NCBI GenBank assembly: GCA_030704615.1
Contig: CM060733.1
Coordinates: 67,084,001-67,148,000 of the forward strand
Direction of reading: 5' to 3'
DNA length: 64,000 nucleotides
From: Takakia lepidozioides
Lineage: Eukaryota > Plantae > Bryophyta
Shown here: piece by piece, positions 49,221 through 62,565 of the stretch
Numbering within the stretch: the first letter of the stretch is position 1
Layout: every line of letters begins with the position of its first letter
The notes under the pieces: model-generated
Database searches by the model: none
Seen by the model: the letters and a program-made list of their open reading frames with translations, nothing else
What the model was told of the DNA's origin: nothing
Position numbers and translations under genes: made by a program

Positions 49221-52200
49221 GAGGTTAGCTATTTCATGAGCATGAGCGGCATGAGCGACGTGAGCGGAGTAGTAAGACAATCGGTTTTCATGAGCAGAAG
49301 TACAAATTTTACAAATAAAAAACATTAAAAACATTATTTTAATGGGATGTGTCAGGGAAAAAAAAACCCAATATAATATTCATTGTTTGAAGTAGAAATT
49401 GTAGTTTTGAGAGCCGTGCTCATGATATTTCCTTCTTCCTCGCTCATGCGAATTCCGAGTGACATCTGCAAAAATGGCGCCAAATTTCGCGGTAATAGGT
49501 TCCGCAAGCAGAAAAATCGGCGACGTATTGCGCAGTAATAGGTGTCTCCGGTGAAAAATGGTGCCGAATTTTGCAGTTATAGGTCCCAACTTCATCATTG
49601 GTGTAAAGCCCAAATTTGGAAATGTGGCGCCGAATTTCGGTACATGGTGCCGGGCATTGCACAAATGTTGGGCAGTTTTGGGCCATGTAACTGGAAATTC
49701 GGCGCCATTTTTCCAGACATCGTTTCCAGACAATGTTGGGACGTAGCCAGTTTTCGCCCAAAAAAGGGAAATTCGGCGTCATTTTTCCAAAAATGGCCCC
49801 CTCAACTGCAACTGTTGGAACTCAGTTTTCTGGAAGATTTGCAAATTTTTCCTGCCGCCATCTTTGTATTGATTCTGTTTCGACATTGAATTGCCACTGG
49901 ACGTCAACGGATATCCAGCAGTCCCTAGTGTTTAAAAGACATCACTTTAATATTGTCTGTCTCATTCCAGGAGTTTTTGGGTTTTGTGCAATTCATTACA
50001 CGCAAAACAAAGTCTAATGCATCAAAATGCAATTGCAAATATCCATATGGTGGATTCCCTTTTCCCCATCTGGAATCCCGGCGGAGGAGTTTGTGCAGCT
50101 CGTTCACGCTCAACGCTGGTGCATGAATAAAGTCATCAATAGTCAAGTTCATCCTCAACCTCTTCAGGTAAATGTAATACAGATGCTTGCACGGATAATA
50201 CTTTGACCCCTTCTTGCAGGGTGACTGAGAATGCCTTCATTGCCACCAACTTGTCCCATATGCTCTTCTGAGTGAAGGATGTTGGGAAGTAGGGGGTGCA
50301 AGAGTTTGCCAATTCGCTCAGTGCCGACCTCCTGCGCAAGTCGGAGGCAAAGGCAGACAAAACCTGGTATAGGCTGAGCATGGACGCCATGGTGGACTAC
50401 ATATTTCATGTAAAGCTCCTCACTGTTTTGTTGAGCTAATCTGTCAATCCTCCCCCAATAGAAGAAAAAGTGTTGAGCAGGATCTCTAATCTTATGTGTG
50501 CATTCTTGACAGACGAAAATTCAGCAGGATTTGGCACATGCGCGGAGGTTCTAACATGGTTCAGAGGAGAAGAAAACTAACCCTCCCGGCACTGGAATCG
50601 TATCTCAAAGCTGCGGGGCAAAGCCCGCATCAAGTACAAGTCACGGATGGTAAAGTACGTGGCCATAGTTGATCCCGCCCTTGGTGCCGATTTTCTGGTG
50701 GAGGTGGGGAAGCACTACTCCCGCACTCTGAAGCCCACGATGACATTGGAGAAGCTGCATCGTCTAGCCACATCCTGTGTGGATGCAACAGAAAAGGTTA
50801 TACATTCTTAACCAAATTGTAGTGGCAGCAATTCGTTTTTGTGGTGTTTGGCGCTTACTAATATGTTGGGTGGTTGGACAGACCCGGTGGCTCCAAATCT
50901 GGAATGGTTCCCAAAGTACAAGGACATGTGGAGCTTCCCCTTCCCCAAACCCGACAAACTGTCCGACCGCACATTCGACATGTGGATGAACCGCATGACA
51001 TGGTGGTTTCAGGTACTTTTCCACCACGCTTCATTTGGGGCGTCTACTCTTGTATCGGATGGATTTATTGTATTTTCTGAGGAAAGCGGTCTGATGGAGA
51101 ATCTCCATAGGTGACGACGAATGCGCAAGAGCAGCTTGACACACAAGCACATCAGTTCAAGTCGGAGATTTTTGGTGAAGCAGAGAGCCTACGCTACTAT
51201 GTGACGAGGTACTTTCTGCTCTATAAAAAACCGACCTATTCTTTCGAGAGATACCCCATGCAGCCCGCCGAGCCACGAGCTCACCGACCACCGAACGCGG
51301 ACAAAGCGCAATGCGCCTTCTGTACAGGTACATACGCTGTGCTTTTTTTTTTAGTCCCAACATTTCGAGGATGTAAGAGGCCTTATGTGGCGCATGAAAA
51401 TTAGTTGTGTGAAGCAAAGCTATCTATCTGCAATACTAATACTACAAGCTCGAGCAAAATCTGGTGATTGTTTCGATGTTGATGTACACCATGGAGCTTC
51501 AGGTCAAGTCTACAAGGGGTATTGCTTCAATGATGAGTTAAGGGTGTCAACTTATACAGGTCAAATTGGTAGTCTGCTCTTAAAGAAGACGATGACAATA
51601 GTTTCTGTAAATGGAGGAAGGAGCTTGACCCCAGGTTTTTTTTTTCCTTGACACATCTAGGAGCGCTTTGAGATATACCATGTATAGATTGACTGTAAAG
51701 TTTGTAGCTAAAACTTTTCAATCATGCAGGATGGCTCAGCTGAATCAGCCACAGTTGTGTGGTGGGCTTGATAACTCTTCTGACATCTATGTACTATTTC
51801 TGAGGCAGGGACTGAAGAGGCATTGAACACTCTTCAACCAACAAGCAGACTCCAATACTCCAATACTTCCGTCTCTCTTGCAAGAATGCATCAAAAGGAA
51901 AGATTTAGCAACAGGAAAGCAAGTACATACTCGCTCGACCCATCCGAGTTTTCATTGAAGCTGGATGCTGAGGCTCGACGAAACCGGGCTCCGCTGCCTC
52001 CGCTGGGTCCAAAGGAGGCGAGAGCGCTGCCCAGTCCAGGAAAGCGGCAGAGCTTGCTCAGGCAGGTATTCAAGAGAAATTGAATGAGAAGATAAGGACA
52101 AAAGAAAAGGACACGGAAACAGGGGAGTACAGTAACCCCCAAAAACAAATAAAGAACTAACCGGACCGGGGCAAACCAGAGGAGGCGCAGGAAGGGCCCA

Positions 52201-54430
52201 AGGGAGTGACTCCAACGACGACTTTGTGCAAGGTCCTACGACTGCTGCTGCTGCTGCTGTACCAAGTCACCGGTCGTCCGGTTCCCAAGTCAGTTCGGAC
52301 TGGGACTGGCTCTGCCAAGAAGTTGGCATTTGTAGGTGAGCCTACATGGCCGTATTCGGCAGTGACGTTTCTCTGAGAGGCCAAAGCTAGAACCCCCCCA
52401 ACCATCATCCATTGTGTCAATGAGAGCTTCCTTGACGCTCTGGCTGCCAGGCGAAGAAGGTGACACACAGCAAGTCCTGTGGAGGAGCAGAAGGGAAAAG
52501 CCAAGAAGAGGGCTCCCAGTACAGAGCCCAAAGACAACCCCTGGTTTCGAATCCATGATGGAATTCTTGACGGCTGTGAGCACGGATTGCAAGAGCACTC
52601 ATGGGGGGGGGGGGGGGGTTGAGGTGGAGAGAGCCTCTGCTATATGATTCTCTCCTTGATATTCCAGATGGGGAGCTGCTGGAGGGCCTGGATGGTGTCC
52701 AACCTGGAACAGGTTTACTGAGGACTACTGAGAGCCGGGTTTGGGCTGTTGGGGATGCTCCTGGATGACGGTGGAATGTATGGTGGTCCTTGCCACAAGA
52801 GGGAAGACCACACATACAAATGCTGTGGCAAGGTGACACCGAAAAATGTCACCCCCCCCGGTCCTCCTCAAAAAATGGTCTCCTGCAATCAATACGCAAG
52901 GGTTGTGAATAGAGGGCCAGTGTAAGTTATCAATCTATTTTGCATTTATTCCCTTCATATTGTTGGTGTATCTGAACTAGACCCTGGAGTTGATCCCTCT
53001 TTTGTTGGATGTGCAGACATTGGTGTTTGAGGCATATTGTTTTGTGAAGAGAGGTCTACGTTCAATTCCGCAACGACGGTCCGTCTTGTTGATGCCGCTG
53101 TGACCCTGTTACCTACGATGTCCTCTACAACTATGTGCCCCACTCCAGTATGCCGAAGACCACAAAGACAGGCAAACCGTGGCGGTATAGCCGGACCCGG
53201 AGCCCTGATTTCATCATCAAACCCCTCATGGAGACGTTGCTCGGATGTCCCAGGGCGGATTCTTGACCTCACATCGGCACGGGGTAAGCCTTCACGTGCA
53301 CATTTTGTCCCCTGGCCCGATTGCAATTGCATGCCGCATGCTACTTAACCGCCCGCTTTGTCCCTCAGGTGCTTCAATGTGGGCAGGACGCTGTCCGACA
53401 CAGGCATCTCTTCGCCTTCGAGCCAGATACTGCCCTCCACAACTCCGAACTTGCAGCGCTGGGAACGTCTGCCGAAAGAGGAAGATGCATCCTTTGAGGA
53501 TGAGGAAGAATCCGACAGGAGCATGGGGGGAGGTACAAGTTGGGATCAAGGCCGAGGAGCCCCCGGTTTACGAGTGAGTGGTCGCATTGTAAGTTGCCTC
53601 CTGATTTCGTGAGGCACCTCCCTTCGCTCTTTTATTTCATTGAAAGACCCTTTTTTTGCTTCTCGCTGGTATTGACATTCTTAAAGTGGATTTGTTCTTA
53701 CTGCATGATGCCAAGTACTGCAGGAGGGACGTCTACACCAAACACACCTTTCACATGGGCCAGGCAGAGAACGTGCCTTTTTCTGCCAGGGGGGATTTCA
53801 TGCCTAGTCCAGAAAGGGCTACATCCTTCCTACTTATGCTGCCCGGGCTTGCTTCGGTGTCCATTAGGAGGTCTTCCGAACCTAGTCGGGTACAGCAGAT
53901 TTTAGACGAGGCAAGCCTCAAGAAAATGAAGATGAGGGAGGAGGCAGCAGCTATTAGAGCCCCCCGTTCAGGCTCGTAGATTTGTCTTGGATTCTGTTTG
54001 AGGAAGTTGGGGGGGAGAGAGGCAGAAGATTCCCAGGAGGTGAAGGTGGACAATCCCCCAAGGAGAGGACGAAATTTTTGAGAGGCATAGTGGAATTGAT
54101 GCATCACAGAGCTCGGAGGATGGGGGGGATGAGGGGGATGAGGAGGAAGGCGGGGCAAGTTCCTCGGAGGGTGTAGGAGAGTAGTGCCCATTCCGGCTAT
54201 GACACAAAAACAAGTTTACTACCACAAATTTTGTATAGATTGGCTTGCCACAAAATTTGCAATAAAATGTTGCATTTCATTGCTATGACGAGTCCACTGG
54301 TGCCAAATTCCAACTTGATATGACCCTATTTCCGTGCCTCCTAACCCTATTTCCGTGGACACACAATGGTCCGCTCATGTTTTTTTTTTTTTCCGCTCAT
54401 GCTCATGCCGCTCATGAAATAGCAACCCCC
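49221..54430 (+). mobile_element. MULE-family TIR element (5.2 kb, no transposase seen) carrying a DNA methyltransferase gene relic
   Basis: TIRs GAGGTTAGCTATTTCATGAGC / GGGGGTTGCTATTTCATGAGC (reverse complement); perfect 8-bp TSD TGCCCCAC (49213-49220 / 54431-54438); CATGAGC subterminal repeats. Confidence 0.88.
50220..53470 (+). pseudogene. Multi-exon cargo gene ending in a beta-class N4/N6 DNA methyltransferase domain
   Basis: Motif IV-like LLDIPDG (52658-52672) followed by WN..LLDDGG; DVLYNY..GKPWRYSRTRSPDF (about 53118-53210); GRILDLT..G|intron 53284-53368|ASMWAG..RHLFAFEPD; upstream exon VTENAFIATNLSHMLF..KTWYRLS; frameshifts. Confidence 0.65.
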
Positions 54431-55108
54431 TGCCCCACTGCTGAAATAGGTGGGTATGGTTATATGTTACAACTAAGTTGGATGATGCAGCAGGGACAAC
54501 TTTTGGGTTTGAAGAGTCTGGCAGATGTAGTAGAAACCCTGGTGGAGACATACCTTATCAACGAATTCAGCTTTGACGGCTGTTTTAATCTATTGAGTGT
54601 GACAGATATTGACATGACGGTGATGTGGTGGTGACAGATATTGACATGAGCTTGTAGAACTTCCATATGATGCAGGAAGATTTGGTCTTGGTGTTGTCCT
54701 CAGCGAGGGAGCTGCCTGCACATGATAACATGAGGGATGTAGATAGCTTGTGTTTCCATGGACTCTACTCTACTCTTGAGACTAGTCTACTTTGACTCCT
54801 TCAATGATAGATCACCTGTTTTCAGAGGTGATATTTGAATTCAAACTGTACTTTGATTTTTTCAATGATAGAACAGGGGCTACCTCCTAAGACCTGTTTT
54901 CAGAGGGCATAACTTTGGTAAGTTGTATGCATACAGTCAGGACCTTTTAGCTCAAGGGGGTCCGAGTAAGGCAGATGCAGAAGATGTGCTCGCAACGTAC
55001 GATGCGGGCACTTGTGAGAAGTGAATCCGCAATTGGTTCTTCCGGTCACTCCTCAATCGGCTCTTCTGCAATTGGCTCTTCAGAATTTGGTACCCATCTA
55101 CTGCCAAC

Positions 55109-57899
55109 CTAAGTGCATCTTGATCGCCACAAAGCGTTGTGTGCTGCTGCGCTTGAGTTTAAGGATGCTGCACGTCGGGCCTGAATTGCCTCCTCACCTC
55201 GAAGGCTATCAATGGCAACATCCGATTGAAGACTTTTGTTTCTGAACCTATGTTGAATGATACTGAACCAGTGTTTATTAGTCTGTACCAAAGGACTTTT
55301 CTTATATTTTGTTCCAGCATGTTGAGTGTGACGCTGATATGCTGCTTTTACCGCGTGATGCGAGTTCTCCATTCCTTGACATGACCAGATAGGTAGGCTT
55401 CCATACCTTTCAACAAACCACGGGGTGTGCTTGACCAATATGTGCTACAAATTATCAACTTAAACAATTAGCATTGTCATCTATGCTATTTTACTACAAG
55501 CATTCCAATCAACTTGAACAATTAGCATTGTCATCTATAAGTGCTATAATTGAAATGCAAAATTTTACTATAAGCATTCCAATCAATATTAAGGGATGTT
55601 GTAGATACTCACAATATAGTGTGTAACTGGACCCTCCCCCCAACTCTTGATGAAAGCGTGTCCAAATTCCTCCACGCATTTCTTATATTCAACTTTTTGT
55701 CCACCGGTGAGTGTAAGGCCAGAAAGATAGGGACACAACTTATCAAATGCAACCCAACATGCTAATCGATTTCTCCTACATGCCCCATCTTCAGTGTGGT
55801 TGTGCTCGGACTTTACCACATCAATGTACAACTTGTCGGAGCCTCCCTCTAAAGTACTCGGTTTAAAGAGTTTGGCAGCATGTGGGCCACTGAACGAAGG
55901 TTTGTTGGGGATATTACTCAGTTTGCTAGACAGTTGATCATCTTTCATGATCTTTAACCAAACCACCATGTGCACCAGTGTTGAACAACACTTAAATGTC
56001 AGCAATAGCTAACTCTTGTAATTTCTTATCGCGAATGGTCCAGACGAACATGAAGTGGAGGTGGACAATTTTCTCAATGATCCTATTCATGGCGTGTAAA
56101 GTGCAAATATGCACTCTTTCAATGGGGATGGGCAACACTGGTTTCCAGCGATCTCTTCCCTAACTCCCACTCACAGGTTTGACAATAATGTTTTGGGCAA
56201 ATAAGCCTCCATTCCATGTATGGGAACGCTTATTAATAGCAGCAGCCGCGTCCTTCATGGACCCCTCTACAGACTTGACTCTCTCCTGCATGCAATAAAT
56301 GCAAGAATGCAAACTATTTGCACCTCCCTTCAAACCGAACATGGCTTTTATTGTCTTCATGTCGGCTGCCATATGCCACTCTACCTTGTAATCACCAAAA
56401 CCTGGGACGTGAAGAAGTTGCCCATCTTCTTGGGCTTGAATTAGCGAAGGAAGTTTGGTTTGTTGGAACACCCAGATTGAACCTTTGTGTTCTCCTTTAC
56501 CACTTGAAAACAAGCTATAGGCCAAATCTCCCTCTCGCTTTGCACACTGAAATACTTTTCACTATCCGGAGTGACGGATGGGTCTAATGCATGGTTCATG
56601 AGAGTAATACTCACTCTTTCCAACTTTTGGGCATGAATGATCTCTGCCTCATCAAGTTTCAAGACAAATTATAGAGGGCTCCCCTTCAATTCTGTAAAAT
56701 CAAAATCAAGCAATCAATACTAAGAATATATAAAATTTAAGATTAAAAACACAGAATTTATAGGTGCACGACGTAGAAAACAATTGTGCTCGGATAGTGT
56801 CACTCGAGTAACCTCTTTCTTTTCACCGTTTTTGAGCTTTTTAGGAACTTCAAGGCTGTTGTTCAAGTGGTAGTATTCACCTACGAAGTCCTGAAGCTTG
56901 GAGTTCAATTCCTTGCTCAATTTTGACACTTGATGCGGATTGAGCAGATATCCTAATCTCATCCCTTTGGCGGCAACTTTTACACCACCTTTAAACTTCT
57001 TGTAAATGGCACTGTAACCTGCTTGGGTAATCCCATTCCTGTCACAGGTCTCCAAAATCTCACTGGGCCCAACCTGTTTGCCGATTTCATTGAGATATTG
57101 ATTTGCCATTATTGCAGGTCGACGTTAGTAAAAGTAGGCACATGCACATCGAATCTACCTCAGTCTTTGATAGAATTTGAGCGAAGACTTTTCCAGATTC
57201 TTCTTGGGTACTTCTATCGCCACAAAGCCTCTTGTTGTTGTTTGATGCAGCGTTCTCTTATTGCACTTTTCGTGTAGTAGCTGGCATAATGATACTTCGC
57301 GCCAATCTTCTAAGCGCCTTGGCTTGTCTACCGTTTGGTGCAAGATTGTTCAAATCTTTCCTCTGGCGTATTTGGCTTCTAGGTCCATAGGGGGTGTTGC
57401 GAACCTTACTTAGTTTTTGCTCCAAACGAGTATAACTTGCCCTAGACCTTGTGAGCTGCAACCTGAGGGATCTCAATTCGGACTTGTGGGAACTTGTAAT
57501 CTGATCTAACTCCATCACATGAATTGATCGTACAGCTTCCAATTGAGCTTCACAAACACCCTCCATTACACAAACTTCTTCTTCTTTATTTTGAACTTGT
57601 AACCGCACATTATGTAGCTGACTCTCATATGAAGCTCTCATGTTGCTCATGTTGCTTTCCAAAGTAATGATCTGAGCACTCAATGAATCATTCTCCATGC
57701 GGGAGGAACTTTCTACTTGAACTTGATCCCTTAATTTTTTAATCTCTACTGCGCTTTGCTGTTGTGCAGCTTCGAATAAAATTCGCCAATTTGCGGTCTC
57801 TACAGTGGTTGAGCAAACACTTTGAAGGTGTTTCACATAGCCCAGAAAACCCTCCTCTCCATCTGCCACGAATTGAAGCAAGTCTCTTATGGAATTCAT
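55109..57899 (-). pseudogene. RAG1/Transib(Chapaev)-like DDE transposase relic with N-terminal coiled coil
   Basis: VLKLDEAE; AADMK..GL..SCIYC; HICTLH; THYI|intron 55445-55612|HILVKHTPWFVERYGSLPIWSCQGMENSH parallels RAG1 TNYFHKTLAH..DGSIGAWASEGNE. Confidence 0.75.
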
Positions 57900-58171
57900 G
57901 TTGGGACGTACTCCTGTAGCTGGGTCAATGGGATAAAGGGATGAATCAAGCTAGAGATCTATGTTTGCAGCTCCTGCTCTCCCCTTTTTAGGAAAGTTTG
58001 ACGTCGGTGTCTGCTCCTCTAGTAATCGACCTCTTAAAATCAACAGTGCATACTTTCCATCAATTGCAACCTACACCTCATAATGAGACTGCTTGCTCAA
58101 CGGCAAATTTGTGATCTCTGACAATGCCATTCTCAATAGCTGAGTGCCTGAAGGTAAAAGCCAGTATCATG

Positions 58172-58272
58172 TTTGTTAATTCCTTAGTATTGTCTGACTA
58201 ATGGAATGCTCCAATTTTATCTCGTTTGTTAATTCCTTGGTATTGTCTGACTAATGGAGTGCTCCAATTTTA
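58172..58272. repeat. Tandem duplication of about 53 bp
   Basis: TTTGTTAATTCCTT.GTATTGTCTGACTAATGGA.TGCTCCAATTTTA x2. Confidence 0.85.
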
Positions 58273-60389
58273 CAAAAGTTGTGAGGGTATTAGGAATTGC
58301 CTGAAGTTTAGATGCTGATCGCACGTCTGGATTTGGTATATGACCTGCGGCAACACTTCATAAAGTGTGGCTTCTGTTATCTGATTCAAGTATCGATTTA
58401 TTTGATTTAGCTTCAATTCAGAGATAAGGCCATATGCATCTACCATAGCTTTTCTTGTTTGTTAAGGAGCCAAGTGATTTTGGTTCATAGCATGGCCTAC
58501 ATCGGTGTGAGGGGTTCAGGGTTTTGGCACCTTATTTGTCTCTTTTTTCTTGTATCAGGGGTTAGCTCACCAGGTGAGGTAATGCCAATACAGTTTTTGG
58601 TTTGCAATTAGAAAAAACCAGCATAAGAAGTTTTACCAATCCATACCCCATTTTTAACCATTAATTCATGAAGGGCCAGCCAAGTGGGGAAACAAGTTGT
58701 TATCAGCACCTGACCTCAGCTGATCCCTCCTTTCCATGGAGATACCAATGGTGGTATATTTTACAGGGATGAGTGCACTTGCTATCATACAGAAATAGGT
58801 GTCCATCAAAGGCAGATCTCTGTCAACCATGGCCTCGAATGGCATTGTTCAAGGTGTGGCTTCAGCAATTCTGACCTGCAAAAGTTCCACTCCCATCTGA
58901 TATCCCGACTGCAAACTTGACTTTGGCTTTGAAGCAGCTTAGTCCAAGAGGTTGCAACAGTCCAGCACCCGCTTTTGTCACTAGCGGTGAGAGCCCCAGT
59001 TTGCGGCAATAGAGCATGACTCGGGTGCCAATGGCCAGGGTGAGGCCTTGAAAAATAGCACTGAGTGGCGGGGGGCCAAGAGAGGGGTGGTCTCCAACTC
59101 CAACTCCAACGCTTGCCCTTGGTGTACCACGAAGACAAGTCATCAGACGTAGTCATTGCCAGGATAGCGTAGATGTTCGCAGACTGCTCTTGTGACTCAT
59201 GTTGGCAATAGCATAGCATGGAGACTGGTAGCGACGATCAATCTGTCAGCGATAGAGGAGAGTCTTGACAGGTGCTTGTAAAACATACAACGTTGTTTTG
59301 ATCCAAGAGGAGCTTGGTTTAGCATTCCACAACTAGACATTTTGATGTGTATGTCGGAGGCCTGAGTGACTTGGAATATTGGTGTCGTCTCTGGTGGCTT
59401 CCTTTCAAAGGTAATTCGTGGTGAGCATATATTCATGTTGTCCACTTCGTTTAAACGGGGTGTCAAGACTAAAAACATACGGCAACAAACTGTAGAAGGG
59501 GGTGCCGTGGAGCGTCGGTTTATGGGGCGTATCCCTGGTCATACTAGGGCGAGAGCATCCAGTGGCAGAGCCCCAGGAAGGTGGGTGGGCCTGGATGGTG
59601 GTTGAGAGCAGCATACTAATAACAACTCGTAAAATGAAAGAGAGGGGGTAGTAGATCTGCTTGCCAGGTTGAGTATGATGGTACGGATAAGCCTCATGAG
59701 TCTCGCAGGGAGGGGCCTTCCTGTAGTCCGTAAGATTGTAGGCGTCAGTGGTCAAGTTGGGCCTGGGGGGATGCACAGAGTGCAAAAAATTCCAAAAGTG
59801 GCTCCATAGATACACCATGTCGCAACGAGTCATTTTTCTATGACCTTTGTGGGCCTCATAGTGAGGTTTCTTCTTGTAGCCCGCATGTGTGTAAACACCC
59901 ATGGTCGAGATGAGCATGGAGATGGACGCAGTGTGCAAAGGACTCCAAATATGATTCCAAAGATGCACTTTGTCGCAGTAGATCGTATTACGGTGACCCT
60001 GGGTGTGGGGCGGGGGGGGGGAGCTTTAGAGAGGATAAGAGCATCAGGAGGGCACTGGCGGCAAGAGAACTCGCCGCGGGCGAGCTAGTCATGGAAAGAA
60101 TAGCGGCGGCCCTGAACTGGAGGGTAAGGAAGACACAAGAACTGAAAAAATGGCGGAACCCTAGGAGAGTAGTCATAACTAAAAGCGTACCTAAAACCTG
60201 CAGAGTTGCAGCGGGGGAGGGGCGGAGCACTGCTCCATAAGCAAGTCATATACGCTCATGTGCTCTAGTCCTAAAACTCCTTAGAAATGCTTTTTCCTTT
60301 AAAGATGGTGGTTTTCTAGAGGGTGTTACTGAGCTGAACATGTGTATTGATTTACTTCCCTTAGATTTACTTCCCCTGATGAGCAACTT

Positions 60390-62142
60390 TTGGAGAAGGA
60401 ATCAATGCAGCCTATAGAGATGACAGTCAAGGGCAAGAACATGCTAGAGCAGCTTCGAGAAATCATTCTTTTGGCAGGCCTAGCTCTTGGCATTTGGATG
60501 TCAGGTCCACTGATGAGCCTCATCGACACTGTTGTGATTGGCAACAACAGCTCTCTGGAACTTGCTGCTCTTGGTATGTACGACAAGCATCTCTTAATTT
60601 TAAATAACTTGAAAAATGTTAGCCCAAACAGTATTGTGCAAACAAAACTAGGAAATAAAGTAAACCTACAACTTTTAGAATTTGAACATGTTCTTCAAAA
60701 TACTAGGGGAGAGGCTTGCCAATAACGCTTCATAGGCTGAAACATTTGCAAGAATTCTAGTATGTTTGGGTTTTAGAAAGAATCATTCTGATTATTGGTA
60801 AGATCCAGGGGCTTGAACTTGACTCTCATTCGGGATAAGTCAAGGTGTGTAGATTAAAAAAAAAATATGACGCCTCCCGAAGGGAGCGTAACTTATGGTG
60901 TCACTTCACCACAAGGGCTACTGCCTTCTAGCTGAAGGGTGGACACCTTCATGACATACCAGACGGTGGTTTGAACCCGCAACCACATCCAACGTGGTAT
61001 GTGCCCATTATCACTGGGCTACATGCTGGTTGTCGGTGTGTAGATAACTCCATGTTCCCTACTTGGGTGAGCCTTTGAACTGTGAAGATATGTCATGGTA
61101 GGAGGAACTATGGCACAGACAACCAAACCTATGGACATGAGCCTTCGTTTTCAGGGTCATGACAAATGGAGATTACCGTGTAGAATATTCCATGTACAGT
61201 TGCACATGATAGGACCCCAAGGGCCCACTTCCAAATATTCGGATACTATGTGCAAAAAAAATATAGGGTACAAAATATTCTTGGCAGATAAAATTTAGAA
61301 AACAATTACAAATAAATATGGGTACCAATATATCGTGGTTTCAGAAATTAAATGAATATAGGGTCTGGAATATAGTTTTTTTTTTTAAAATACAACTACC
61401 AATAGGGTCATGATAAAGACCTCGGGCACGTGTCGTTTAGTTACTGGTTTATCAGGTGGGCTAGACTTGGATTTGGGGACTTGAACTGTTGATGACACGT
61501 GGTTCGCAAATCTAGAGGGCACCTTAAATATAATTAAATCTCTTTTAAGTACTTCAAGTAGAGGAATTGAGCAGTAATTGTTTGAAGGATGTGGGTATGT
61601 CGTTCAGAATAAAGCTTTTGCTGCTTTTGAAGTTTGTGGAGAAAATGCATAACTAGCATGTATCATGAACACATTAACTCAGATGGAAATATGGAGTTCA
61701 TGCCTTTGTAAGTATCTAATTTTATCTCATGTGGGTACGATGTCAGGCCCCATGAACTGTCTTGTGTGATCAAATGTGCTACGTGTTTATGTTTCTTCGA
61801 TTGCCACTTCTCTTGCACAACAGGTTAGTCATATAGATCCCTCTTTCATTTGGAAAAGGGAACTCCTGAGAAGAATTGGACAAGCAGATTTTCAGCCTAT
61901 TATATTCTGATATGATGAAATAATTCATGGTTTCTTTTGCTGGATTGGATGTCTGTTAATAGGGTATGGTCCCTATTATGGTCCATTTTGTGGTGTTTCA
62001 TAGTTTCTAAGGGCTGACTCTCTCAGCTATCTTGTAGGATGAAGCAGAGGCAGCGGGCCATCTATCCAGGCTGCTGTTTGTGTCTCTAGCTTGTGGTGTG
62101 GCCATGCTTCTATTCACAGAGTGGTAACATCGTTGCTCCAAG
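60390..62142 (+). pseudogene. MATE/DTX transporter (EDS5/DTX46-like) 5' exons, decayed
   Basis: [42 protein letters not shown]|GT; exon about 61747-61823 (VLCDQMCYVFMFL); exon about 62038-62142 (HLSRLLFVSLACGVAMLLFT*); frameshift and stop. Confidence 0.8.
60855..61034 (-). mobile_element. tRNA-derived SINE (family 1) in the MATE intron
   Basis: Homologous to 18071-18253; TSD GGTGTGTAGAT (60844-60854 / 61035-61045). Confidence 0.9.
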
Positions 62143-62339
62143 GTAGGGAGGAATCTGCACTTTGAAGGTGTCTAGGAACCTTTTCTCATTTTACTGTGCA
62201 CAGCCAAGAATGCACCTAATCTTTGTCTTTCAGTAAAGGTGGAGCTTGTGATTTATAATGTGGATATGCTGGTCTCAATGTGAAGATGCAAAACTCCAGC
62301 TTTGATGATGTCAGAATGAACATATCTCCCCTTTTCCAG

Positions 62340-62565
62340 GACCCTTAAACTGGCACATGCATTTAGAATGCAATTGAACGTGACCCTGTTGGGCATCATT
62401 CTTTCCTGTTGCATTTGCTCATAGATCCCGAAAGCCTCCCTACCACACCATGCTGAGCATTACCTGTGATCATGGCATTCCAGGAGACCACAGTTCGTTC
62501 ACGTCAAATACTTGACGTATCCTTCATGCTCCCACATTTGGCATACAAGTCACCAGAGCAGTCTC
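62340..62565 (-). pseudogene. PLS-PPR fragment
   Basis: LYAKCGS..VVSWNAMITG..EQMQQE..PNRVTFNCILNACA, with frameshifts. Confidence 0.75.

Noticed and set aside
52600-53470. Bacterial contamination as the source of the MTase
   Set aside because: The gene has GT-AG introns, lies within plant-type TIRs with a TSD, and is flanked by plant sequence.
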